A stretch of DNA of 64,000 nt from Acidimicrobiia bacterium (lineage in GTDB: Bacteria; Actinomycetota; Acidimicrobiia; Spongiisociales; UBA11373). The notes under the pieces are model-generated. The model worked only from the letters and a program-made list of their open reading frames with translations, had not been told where the DNA came from and made no database searches. Position numbers and translations under genes: made by a program. Position 1 is the stretch's first letter, and the number at the start of each line of letters is the position of its first letter. The stretch lies in contig JBBEAX010000085.1 of assembly GCA_040882645.1 (NCBI GenBank), positions 148,801 through 212,800 of the forward strand, read 5' to 3'. Positions 20,501-28,700 of this stretch are shown here, piece after piece.

Positions 20501-21047
20501 CCTTGCCGAAAATGTCCTGGTACATCGCCGCAGCGGACACTGCGGCCGTGTAGTCGCGTTGGCCGCCGACATTCCCCTCCTCGGCCGAGGCATCCGGGGC
20601 AAGCAGTTGAGGAACGTGCCCCCCGAGACATCCAGTGGTGGCGATCAAACCCTCCGAGTACTCGCTGAGCAGTTCCCGATCCATCCGTGGCTTGTAATAG
20701 AAGCCCTCGAGATACGCCCGGCTCGCCAGCTTGACCAGGTTGCGGTAGCCCTGCTGGGTCACTGCGAGGAGGGTGATGTGGTACCGGATGTCATCGCGGC
20801 GAGCCGGGCGATCGAACCGCGAACCTGGGGTCAGGTAGGCCTCCATCCCGATCACGGGAGTGACGCCGGCGGCGGTTGCCTGCTGGTAGAAGTCGACGGC
20901 GCCGTACAGGACGCCGTGGTCGGTCAGGCCTACGCCCGGTTGGCCATCCGCCACGACCGCCTTCATCACGTCGGCGACCCGGGCCGCCCCATCGAGCATC
21001 GAGTATTCAGTGTGCAGATGCAGATGGGCGAAGCCGCGTCCCGACAC
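17535..21047 (-). CDS. dnaE: DNA polymerase III alpha subunit (DnaE1)
   Basis: 1170 aa. N-terminal PHP domain (HLHLHTEYSMLDGA), and palm/fingers motifs throughout. Confidence 0.95.
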   Translation of the reverse strand: MSGRGFAHLHLHTEYSMLDGAARVADVMKAVVADGQPGVGLTDHGVLYGAVDFYQQATAAGVTPVIGMEAYLTPGSRFDRPARRDDIRYHITLLAVTQQGYRNLVKLASRAYLEGFYYKPRMDRELLSEYSEGLIATTGCLGGHVPQLLAPDASAEEGNVGGQRDYTAAVSAAAMYQDIFGKDNFFVEVMDHGVPAQRKVLPDLLSIAKELGAPLLATNDCHYSRVEEAEAHDALLCIQTGAQMGDEGRFAFQGEGYYVKTAAEMRGLFPDEDFPGACDNTLLVVERADVAMDFGNILLPHFPVPAGRTENAYLRDLVEEGARFRYGDSLTTEIRDRIEYELRVIDDMGFPAYFLIVWDLIRHAREQGIRVGPGRGSAGGSIVSYCLRITDLDPIAYGLIFERFLNPGRREMPDIDMDFDERYRAEMIRYASERYGSDHVAQIITFSTIKGRQAVRDAARVLGYPYAVGDRTAKAMPPPILGREASLAQCLDDLPDDADSGLRDSHANASGLREMYASDPDARRVIDTALGLEGLRRQDSIHAAAVVITPDPLTDIVPIQQKGEDAEVVTQFEMHAIERLGLLKMDFLGLRNLSTIERCLELIQETRGERPDIDGVPLDDPSVYEMLSRGDSMGVFQLEGSGMRSLMRNLQPDRFNDIVALLSLYRPGPMGAGTHNLYADRKNGRVAIGHLHPALAEVLGDTYGIIVYQEQVMQVAALIAGYSMEEADSLRKAMGKKIASVMTEQEQQFIEGCIAEGHPRELGKELFDLIAHFSGYGFNKPHAVGYGLIAYQTAWLKAHYPAEYMAALLTSAKRDKDRTAVYLNECRAMGVRVLVPDVNASESDFVARDGAVPFGLSAIRNVGEGVVELITEERRKNGLYESFQDFIDRVDLSVLNKRTIESLIKAGAFDSTGAPRKGLMAVHEQMIEAVVTRRRAEDMGQFSLFGAEEPSTHSGVIDIPDMEWDKKVKLQFEKEMLGLYVSDHPLFGIETALKALATTSIAGLEDHRDGTVASIAGIVSAVTRRYTRAGELMLYFTLEDLEGSVEVLAFPRTVAEAGPLVRDDAVLVVAGRVDQRGDSLKFIAQKIHEPDIDAERVVRLRVAAQRMSVTLVNRLKEVLSNHPGPTPVYLHLEGKPAEKVVRLGPEHTVEARTSLYAELRALLGADSVLT

Positions 21048-21090
21048 CGATGCTCCTCAGAGAATTACAGGCGTGTGAGAAGAGGATAGT

Positions 21091-21125
21091 CGGGGGGGGG
21101 GGGGGGCCCCCCCCCCCCCCCCCCC
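21091..21125. repeat. Homopolymer palindrome G15-C20, flanked by tagtc/gacta
   Basis: Read directly: gatagtc G15 C20 gactaacc. It lies 44 nt upstream of the dnaE start, in the divergent intergenic region. Confidence 0.9.
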
Positions 21126-21130
21126 GACTA

Positions 21131-21158
21131 ACCAGTCACCAGTCACCAGTCACCAGCC
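21131..21158. repeat. Heptamer tandem repeat (ACCAGTC)x3 + ACCAGCC
   Basis: accagtcaccagtcaccagtcaccagcc, read directly. Confidence 0.8.
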
Positions 21159-21183
21159 AGAGAAGAGCTTCCCTCTCTTTACA

Positions 21184-22119
21184 ATGCGCGGAGTCAGCGA
21201 ACGGAGTCAACCCATCATGGACCTCGGCTACGACGGCGATCTGTTCCTGCTCGCGTTCGATCATCGGGGCAGCTTCAAGTCGAAGATGTTCGGGATCGAA
21301 GAGGCGAGCGCCGCCGACACCGCCCGGTTGAGTTCAGCGAAACGGCTCGTCTGGGACGGTTTCGAGGCGGCGATGGCCACCGGCCTGCCCGCCGGCGCCG
21401 GCGTGCTGGTCGACGAGGAGATGGGCGCCGACGTGGCGCGGGCGGCTCGCCGGGCAGGAATCCCCTTTGCGATGCCCGTCGAGAAGTCGGGTCAGGATAT
21501 GTTCGACTTCGAGTACGGCGACGACTTTGGAGCCCATATCGAGGAGTTCGATCCCACCTTTGCGAAGGTCCTCGTCCGATGGAACCCCGAGGACGACCCC
21601 GCGACAAAGGAGATCCAGGCCAGCCGCCTCGCCGCGCTCGGCACCTGGCTCCACGATCGAGGGAGGAAGTTCTTGTTCGAACTGCTCGTCCCCGCATCGC
21701 CCCGCCAGATGGAGCTCGTCGCCGGCGACATCGACGCTTACGACCGGCAGATCCGCCCCGCGCTGATGTTGGAGACCATCGACGAGCTTCGCGCAGCCGG
21801 GGTCGAGCCGGACATCTGGAAGATTGAAGGCATCGACGCCTCGGACGACTGCCGCCTCGTCGCCGACCTGGCTCGTGCCGGCGACCGCGACCGGGTGGCG
21901 TGCGTGGTGCTCGGGCGCGGCGCGGACGAGGCGAGGGTCGACCATTGGCTATCCGCCGCAGCACCGGTGGCCGGCTACGCGGGTTTCGCAATTGGCCGTT
22001 CGATCTGGTGGGAGGCCGTAGCCGGATGGCGGGATGAGCGGCTCGCCACCGCCGACGCCGCGTCTCGGATCGGCGAGACCTACCGGCGGTTCATCGACGT
22101 CTATCAGAGCGCCCGCTGA
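21184..22119 (+). CDS. LacD/DUF2090-type class I aldolase-like protein (tagatose/fructose-bisphosphate aldolase family candidate)
   Basis: LLAFDHRGSF resembles the LacD ALAFDQRG motif. Overall aldolase-like length. An alternative start is the ATG at 21217. The stop is 1 nt before the pfk start. Confidence 0.4.
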   Translation: MRGVSERSQPIMDLGYDGDLFLLAFDHRGSFKSKMFGIEEASAADTARLSSAKRLVWDGFEAAMATGLPAGAGVLVDEEMGADVARAARRAGIPFAMPVEKSGQDMFDFEYGDDFGAHIEEFDPTFAKVLVRWNPEDDPATKEIQASRLAALGTWLHDRGRKFLFELLVPASPRQMELVAGDIDAYDRQIRPALMLETIDELRAAGVEPDIWKIEGIDASDDCRLVADLARAGDRDRVACVVLGRGADEARVDHWLSAAAPVAGYAGFAIGRSIWWEAVAGWRDERLATADAASRIGETYRRFIDVYQSAR

Positions 22120-22120
22120 G

Positions 22121-23137
22121 ATGTCCACGGTCGGACTTCTCACCGCCGGAGGGGACTGCCCGGGACTCAACGCAGCGATCCGCGCAGTCGTAGCGGCGGC
22201 GATCGCTGACGGCCATCGCGTAGTCGGCTTCCGCAACGGATGGGCGGGGGCGATGGACGATGACACCATCGACCTCGACCGGGACAGGGTGCGCGGAATC
22301 CTCGGTCGCGGCGGCACGATTCTGGGCACCTCACGACGGGACCCATTTGTTCATGGGAATGGCGCCGCTTCGATCAGTCCCACTCTCGGAAGGCACGGCG
22401 TCGACACCCTCATCGTGATCGGTGGCGATGGCACCCTCCGTACCGCCGCCCGCGTCGACGCGGAGGGGATTCCGGTGATCGGAATCCCCAAGACGATCGA
22501 CAACGACGTGCCCGCCACTGACGTGTCTTTTGGATTCGACACGGCGGTGGAGATCGCAACAGAGGCGATCGATCGGCTCACCACCACCGCCGAAGCGCAC
22601 AACCGCGTACAGCTTGTCGAGGTGATGGGCCGCACCCAGGGATGGATCGCGGTTCACGCTGGCATCGCCGCGGGTGCCGACGTGATCCTGATTCCGGAGT
22701 TCCCGATGCAACTCGAGGAGGCCGCCGAAATCATCCGCGGGCGCCACGAGCGGGGACGCAACTACTCAGTGGTCGTGGTCGCCGAAGGCATCGACAACCC
22801 CCGCGTAGCCCCGCCGCCGAAGGACGCGTACGGCTTCGAGAGGCTCGGTGGCGTGGCTTACGAGGTCGCTCCAATCCTCGAAGCACTCACCGGATTCGAG
22901 ACCCGGGTCACCGTGCTCGGCCATCTTCAACGCGGGGGGAAGCCGACTGCCCGCGATCGGGTGCTGGCAAGCCGGCTCGGGGCGGCGGCGATCGAGGCGA
23001 TGGCGCGGGGCGACCGCGGCATGATGATGGCGGTGCGCGGCAACGCGATCGTCCCCGTTCCGCTGACGGACCTCGGTGACGAGCCGCGCGGGGTGCCTCG
23101 TGAGTTGTACGAGGTCGCCCGCACCTTCTTCGGGTGA
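22121..23137 (+). CDS. pfk: ATP- or PPi-dependent 6-phosphofructokinase
   Basis: GLLTAGGDCPGLNAAIR, IGGDGT and GIPKTIDND motifs. Confidence 0.85.
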   Translation: MSTVGLLTAGGDCPGLNAAIRAVVAAAIADGHRVVGFRNGWAGAMDDDTIDLDRDRVRGILGRGGTILGTSRRDPFVHGNGAASISPTLGRHGVDTLIVIGGDGTLRTAARVDAEGIPVIGIPKTIDNDVPATDVSFGFDTAVEIATEAIDRLTTTAEAHNRVQLVEVMGRTQGWIAVHAGIAAGADVILIPEFPMQLEEAAEIIRGRHERGRNYSVVVVAEGIDNPRVAPPPKDAYGFERLGGVAYEVAPILEALTGFETRVTVLGHLQRGGKPTARDRVLASRLGAAAIEAMARGDRGMMMAVRGNAIVPVPLTDLGDEPRGVPRELYEVARTFFG

Positions 23138-23154
23138 TTCAGAGCGCTCGACGG

Positions 23155-24036
23155 TCAACCGAGGCCGTCGATCACTTCCTGGAGGTCGTCGGGCAACGGG
23201 CTCTCCACTTCCACCCGGGCTCCTGTGACGGGATGGTCGAAGGCCAGTCCGGCCGCGTGAAGAAACACCCGGGGAGCCCCCCGCCCGACCCCATACACCG
23301 CGTCTCCCACCACGGGTAGGCCGATCGCCCCGAGGTGGACCCGGATTTGGTGGGTCCGGCCCGTCTCGAGCCGAAGTTCGAGCAGTGTGTGCTCTGCCCA
23401 GGTGCCGAGGGTGCGGTAGTGGGTGCGCGCTGGACGTCCTTCGGGATCGACCTTCATCTCCATCGGCCGTCCCCGATCGCGGCCGAGCGGAGCATCGATG
23501 GTGCCCGTGGGGATGGCGGGGCGGCCCGCCACTAGCGCCAGATAGCGCCGTTCGATGGCGTGGGCGTGGATGGCCGCCCGCAGGCCTTCATATGCCGGCC
23601 AGTCGAGAGCAACGACCAGCAGGCCCGATGTCCCCCGATCGAGTCGGTGCACCAACCCCCATCGATCCTCGGCGCCGACGCCCCGAACCCGGGGCCAGCG
23701 ATGGAGGATCCCCGCCGCGAGAGTTCCGGTTCGGTTGCCGGCGCCCGGATGGGTGACGACCCCGCTCGGCTTGTCGATGACCGCCAGATGTGGATCCTCA
23801 TACCGCACCGCGAAGTCGACGACTTCCGGTTCCAGACTCGGGGCGGGAGCAGGCGGCTTGAATTCGACGACGCTGCCGGCCGCGAGCCGGTGCTTCGAGG
23901 TGGCAGGCGCCCCATCCACCACCACTTCCCCGAGGTCTACGAGCGACCTCGCCTGTGCCCGGCTCAGCCCCCCCAGCCGGGCGACTATCAAGTCGGCCCG
24001 CTCGCCGTCCAGCGCGGCCGGCACCTCGAACCTCAT
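23155..24036 (-). CDS. rluD: RluA-family 23S rRNA pseudouridine synthase (RluD-like)
   Basis: S4 domain, then the catalytic HRLDRGTSGLLVVA motif. Start taken at MRFEV (24036), which overlaps the lspA stop. The ORF track's 472-aa form is an in-frame read-through of the lspA region. Confidence 0.85.
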   Translation of the reverse strand: MRFEVPAALDGERADLIVARLGGLSRAQARSLVDLGEVVVDGAPATSKHRLAAGSVVEFKPPAPAPSLEPEVVDFAVRYEDPHLAVIDKPSGVVTHPGAGNRTGTLAAGILHRWPRVRGVGAEDRWGLVHRLDRGTSGLLVVALDWPAYEGLRAAIHAHAIERRYLALVAGRPAIPTGTIDAPLGRDRGRPMEMKVDPEGRPARTHYRTLGTWAEHTLLELRLETGRTHQIRVHLGAIGLPVVGDAVYGVGRGAPRVFLHAAGLAFDHPVTGARVEVESPLPDDLQEVIDGLG

Positions 24037-24512
24037 TCGCGCTTGAACGCAAGGAAGAGCGCCAGAAGCGCGCCGATCGTGATCGCCGAGTCGGCGGCAT
24101 TGAATGTTGGGAAGAAGGAAAAGGAGATGAAGTCCACCACGCCACCGTCGAGAAGGCCGTCGCCCCGGAAGACTCGATCGAGCAGGTTCCCCATGGCGCC
24201 ACCCAGTACCAGGCCGAGCGCAGCGGCCTCCGAGCGGTGAGGCACCTTGTGAACCACGATCACGATGAAGACGACGATCGCAACCGCCATCAGTGCGATG
24301 ATCGAACCGGCCCCCTGGAGCAGGTTGAAGGCCGCGCCCGTGTTCGTCACGTAATTCAACTGCAGGAAGCCGTCGATCAAGACGATCGGGTTTCCCGGCA
24401 GCACCGCGGACGCCCACCACTTGGTGAGTTGGTCGAGGACGACCACCGCCCCGGCGGCGACCAGCGCCGTGACTCTGGGGGTCAGCGCCGGCTGGCCGAG
24501 CAGTCGACGCAC
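24033..24512 (-). CDS. lspA: Lipoprotein signal peptidase II
   Basis: VLDQLTKWWA...NTGAAFNL...FNAADSAITIGA pattern of LspA. Start assigned to the GTG at 24512, overlapping the dksA-like gene's 3' end by 30 nt. Confidence 0.75.
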   Translation of the reverse strand: MRRLLGQPALTPRVTALVAAGAVVVLDQLTKWWASAVLPGNPIVLIDGFLQLNYVTNTGAAFNLLQGAGSIIALMAVAIVVFIVIVVHKVPHRSEAAALGLVLGGAMGNLLDRVFRGDGLLDGGVVDFISFSFFPTFNAADSAITIGALLALFLAFKRE

Positions 24513-24857
24513 AGTTTGGTGTAGGGGAGGGCGTCGAGCCTTGCCACCGGGATCGCAGAGCCGCACTCGGCACAGCGGCCGTAGGTGCCGTCCTCGATGC
24601 GAGTCACGGCCTCTTCGATCTTCGAGAGGATGTCCTGAGCGTTCTGCCACAGCGACAGCTCTTTTTCCATCTCGAAGGCCAAAGAGCCGCCTTCCGCGGT
24701 GTTCGGATCGGGGCTGCGATCCGAAGAAGTCTCGGTGAGCCTCACCTCTTCCCGCTCGGCCTCGATGTCACGAACCATCTCACCAAGGCGCGTTTGTTCT
24801 TCCTCGAGCCGTTTGCGGAAACGTTCCAGTGTGGATGGGGCGAGATCGCGTGCCATG
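24482..24857 (-). CDS. DksA/TraR-family C4 zinc-finger protein
   Basis: C-terminal CAECGSAIPVARLDALPYTKLCVDC (C4 zinc finger) preceded by a coiled-coil. Start at MARDL. Confidence 0.7.
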
Positions 24858-24905
24858 AGCCCTCCCTGCGAGCGAGCGACGATACCACGGGCGGCCAACA
24901 CCGGG

Positions 24906-24934
24906 CGCTACCCGCTGCCCGCTACCGGCAAGAA
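24906..24934. repeat. GCGGG(T/C)AGCGGG-family repeat copy (forward orientation)
   Basis: cgctacccgctgcccgctaccggcaagaa. Confidence 0.5.
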
Positions 24935-24944
24935 GGGGCGAACG

Positions 24945-25226
24945 TCAGCCGATCCCCAGCGACGATCGAGCGCTGGCGAGCGAAACACCCTCGATCAGCA
25001 CCCGTTTGCGCCTGGTGGTCGCGCCCCTCAGCAGTACGGCCCGATGCCCGGGAAAGCGGGCCTCCAACAACCTGACCACTGCCTGGTTGGCCCGCCCCCC
25101 TTCGGGCGGCGCCGCCACCCGGATACGAAGGGCATCGCCGTGCTCACCGACGATCTCGTCCTTGCTCGCCCCCGGCACCACCCAGACCGTGACCACCGTT
25201 CCTTCAGGATGATCCGATACCACCAA
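24945..25226 (-). CDS. DUF167 (YggU/UPF0235) family protein
   Basis: 93 aa, VTVWVVPGASKDEIVG...LRIRVAAPPEGGRANQAVVRLLA pattern. Confidence 0.7.
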   Translation of the reverse strand: MVVSDHPEGTVVTVWVVPGASKDEIVGEHGDALRIRVAAPPEGGRANQAVVRLLEARFPGHRAVLLRGATTRRKRVLIEGVSLASARSSLGIG

Positions 25227-25240
25227 GTCGACCCCCAGAT

Positions 25241-25483
25241 CGCTACCCGCTGCCCGCTACCCGCTACCGGCAACAGGGCGCTACCCGCTGCCCGCTACCC
25301 GCCACCGGTAAGAACGACGTACGGTTTCGTACGAGTCTGCCCATTCTCGCTGAATGCTGAAGGCCGATTCTGCCTGGCCTCTCATGATCCACCGGATCAG
25401 CGCCCACTGTCTTGCGGGAGGCGGGTAGCGGGAGGCGGGGCGGAGCTTTCTTGCGGGAAGCGGGCAGCGGGTAGCCGGTAGCG
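25241..25483. repeat. Composite inverted array: two forward plus two reverse copies of the ~32-nt GCGGGTAGCGGG-family repeat around a ~95-bp spacer
   Basis: Copies at 25241-25275, 25279-25314, 25411-25441 (reverse complement) and 25449-25483 (reverse complement). Confidence 0.6.
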
Positions 25484-25559
25484 AAGAGCCCGACGCCCGC
25501 TCCTGTTATTCTTAGGTCAAGGCGTCGAAGAGGACGCCATCGGGTCGGGACGGGCTCAG

Positions 25560-25760
25560 CGAGCCGGCGAATGGTGTGAGGCCGGCGCCCCGGATTCGAT
25601 GGACATCACCTCTGAGCCGTGGGAAGAACGGGTCACCCCGCTTAGAACCCACCGACCTCCCCACGAGAAGGGGGCCATGAGCGGCCGTCTCCAGGCGGCA
25701 AGCCGGGTGGTACCGCGGGCGTCGAGCTCGTCCCGGCGGCACGACCGCCGACCGAGGACG
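25560..25760 (+). promoter_or_regulatory. T-box leader (isoleucine) controlling ileS
   Basis: Conserved T-box sequence GGGUGGUACCGCGG at 25705-25718. Candidate specifier AUC followed by A at 25605-25608. The start codon follows a GAGGA Shine-Dalgarno immediately downstream. ileS T-boxes are established in Actinobacteria. Confidence 0.55.
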
Positions 25761-25762
25761 AC

Positions 25763-28700
25763 ATGGCCGACTCATCGTTCGACCGGGCACCTTCGGATGT
25801 CTCGTTCCCCGCGCTCGAAGAGCAGATCCTCGACCTGTGGGATCGGATCGACGCGTTCCACGAATCGGTGCGGATGCGGCCCGAGGACAACGAGTTCACC
25901 TTCTACGACGGCCCGCCCTTCCCCACCGGGAGTCCGCACTACGGGAACCTCCTCGCCGGCGTCCTCAAGGACATCGTTCCCCGCTACTGGACGATGCGGG
26001 GGCACCGCGTCGTCAGACGTTTCGGGTGGGACACCCACGGTCTGCCGATCGAGCTGGAGGTCCAGGACGAGCTCGACCTCTCCGGGCCGTCGGACATCCT
26101 CGAATACGGCGTCGCCCGCTTCAACGAGGCCTGTCGCGTGCGGGTGATGGAGAACACCGAGGTGTGGGAGTCGGTCACGCGCCGTATTGGTCGCTGGGTC
26201 GACTTCGAGGATGACTACAAGACGATGGACACCGACTTCATGGAGTCGGTGTGGTGGGTGTTCAAGCGGCTGTGGGACGAGGGACTCGTCTACAAGGCGT
26301 TCAAGGTGCTGCCCTACTCGTGGGGCGCAGCGACACCACTCTCCAACTTCGAGGTCAACCTCGGCGAGTACCGCGACGTCGAAGACCCGTCCATCACGGT
26401 GCGACTCGCCGTGACCGAGGGCACCGGTCCGGTGCAACCCGGCGACCTGCTGCTGGTATGGACCACCACGCCGTGGACGATGCCGTCGAACCTTGGAGTG
26501 GCCGTCGGCCGCGACATCACCTACATGCGGATCGATGAGCCACTCGACGGCGAACCGGGGCGCCATTGGATCGCCGCCGATCGAGTGTCGGCGTACTGGC
26601 CGGAGGGCACCACGGGAACCGCGACGGCATCGGGTGAAGAGCTTCTGGGGACGCGCTACCGGCCCGCCTTCGACTATTTCGCCTCCCTCGCCGGTGAGGG
26701 CGCTTTCGTGGTCATTCCCAGCCCCGAGGTGTCCGTCGAGGAGGGCACCGGCCTGGTCCACATGGCGCCCGCCTTCGGCGAGGCCGACCTGGCGGCCTTC
26801 ACCGACGCCCGCCTCGACCACCTGCTGGTCGACCCGGTCGACGCCGAGGGGCGATTCACCGCGGCGGTCCCCGAGGTGGCCGGGGTGAGGGTGAAGGACG
26901 CCGACCCGGCCTTGATCAAGCTGCTCCGGGAACGCGGTGCACTGGCCCGCAGCGAGCGGATCACCCACTCGTATCCCTATTGCTGGCGCACCCACACCCC
27001 TCTCATATACAAGGCGATCCCCACCTGGTTCGTGGCCGTCGAGCGGATCCGCGACCGCATGGTGGAACTCAACGAGACCATCCACTGGGTGCCCGACCAC
27101 GTCGGGTCGAAGCGGTTCGGCAACTGGCTCGAACAGGCGCGCGACTGGGCGGTGTCCCGCAACCGGTTCTGGGGCTCATGTATCCCCGTGTGGGAGTGCG
27201 ACGGATGCGACGAGACCGTGTGCGTCGGCAGCATCGAAGAGTTGCGCGAGCGAAGCGGAGTCCTCGTCGACGACCTTCACAAGCACATCGTCGACGAGGT
27301 GACCTTCGGATGCAGTGCCTGCTCCGGGACGATGCACCGGGTCCCCGAGGTGCTCGACGTCTGGTTCGAGTCCGGGGCGATGCCATACGGCCAGAACCAT
27401 TACCCGTTCGAGAACAAGGAACGATTCGAGCGAGGATTCCCTGCCCACTACATCGCCGAGGGCCTCGATCAGACGCGGGGATGGTTCTACACGCTCGTGG
27501 TCCATGCGACCGCACTGTTCGATTCAGTCCCCTTCCGCAATTGCGTGGTCAATGGCCTGATCCTCGCCGAGGACGGACACAAGATGTCCAAGAGCCTCAA
27601 GAACTACCCGGACCCCCTGGTGCTGGTGGATTCGACCGGGGCCGACGCACTACGGGCGTACCTGATCAACTCCCCGGTGGTTCGGGCCGAGCCCCTGCGA
27701 TTCTCCGAGCGGGGGGTCCGCGAGGTGGTCCGCACCGTGATGCTCCCCTATTGGAATGCCTATTCGTTCTTCACCACCTACGCCGCGGCCGAGCGGCTCA
27801 CCGTTGATGACCTTGCCTCCGCCCCCGCCCCCGCCGACCGGCCCGAGATCGACCGGTGGATCCTCTCTGTGCTGCAGAGCCTGGTGAATCGGGTCAACAC
27901 GGAGATGGAGGGCTATTACCTGTACAACGTCATCCCCCCACTGATCGACTTCGTCGACGACCTGACCAATTGGTACATCCGCCGCTCGCGCCGGCGCTTC
28001 TGGACCGTCCGGGGTACCGACGCCGCCGACAGCCTGGCTGCCTTCGCCACCCTCTATGAAGTGCTCGTCACCTTTTCAAAGCTCATGGCCCCGGTCCTGC
28101 CGTTTGTGACCGAAGCGATGTACCAGGAGCTCGTCGTCGCCCGCAGGGCGCGGGCGGAGGACGGCCCCGCCAGCGTCCACCATGAGGACTATCCGGAATC
28201 GGACGACTCGCTGATCGACCGGCGCCTCGAGGCGGACATGGCCGCGGTGCGCGAGACGGTCGGCCTCGGGAGAGGGCTTCGGGTGACGGAGGGGATCAGG
28301 ATTCGCCAGCCCCTCGCCACCCTGACCGTCGTCAGCCACGACAGTGAGGTTCGTCAGGCAGTCGACCGGCACCGCGAGCTGGTTGCCGACGAACTCAACG
28401 TCAAGTCAGTGGTCACCTCGTCCGACGAGGGAAGCCTGGCGGTGGTCACCGCCAAGCCGAACTACCGCACCCTCGGCCCGCGCTTTGGGGCACGGATGGC
28501 CGAAGCAGCCGCGGCCATCGAGCAGCTCGCTCCTGCTGCCCTCAGCCGCATTCTCGAAGGGAAGACGATCGAGATACTCGGCGCCGAGGTGGGGACGGCC
28601 GACGTCGTGGTGGCCAGGGCGCCGAACCCCGGAGTGGCCGTGGCGAGTGGCGAGCGCCTCTCGGTCGCACTCGACACCGCCATCACCGCCGAACTCGCTC

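Noticed and set aside
21091-21125. Interpreting the G15-C20 tract as a firmly biological phase-variation switch
   Set aside because: I cannot exclude that it is a poly-G assembly or fold-back artefact. It is reported as a finding with both explanations rather than as a regulatory feature.
23155-24573. 472-aa form of the rluD ORF, and 205-aa lspA and 296-aa yggS ORFs with long N-terminal extensions
   Set aside because: The extensions run through the upstream gene in another frame. Conserved N-termini (MRFEV..., VRRLLGQPALTPRVTALVAAG..., MATGL...) and ATGA/GTGA coupling define shorter, family-typical proteins.
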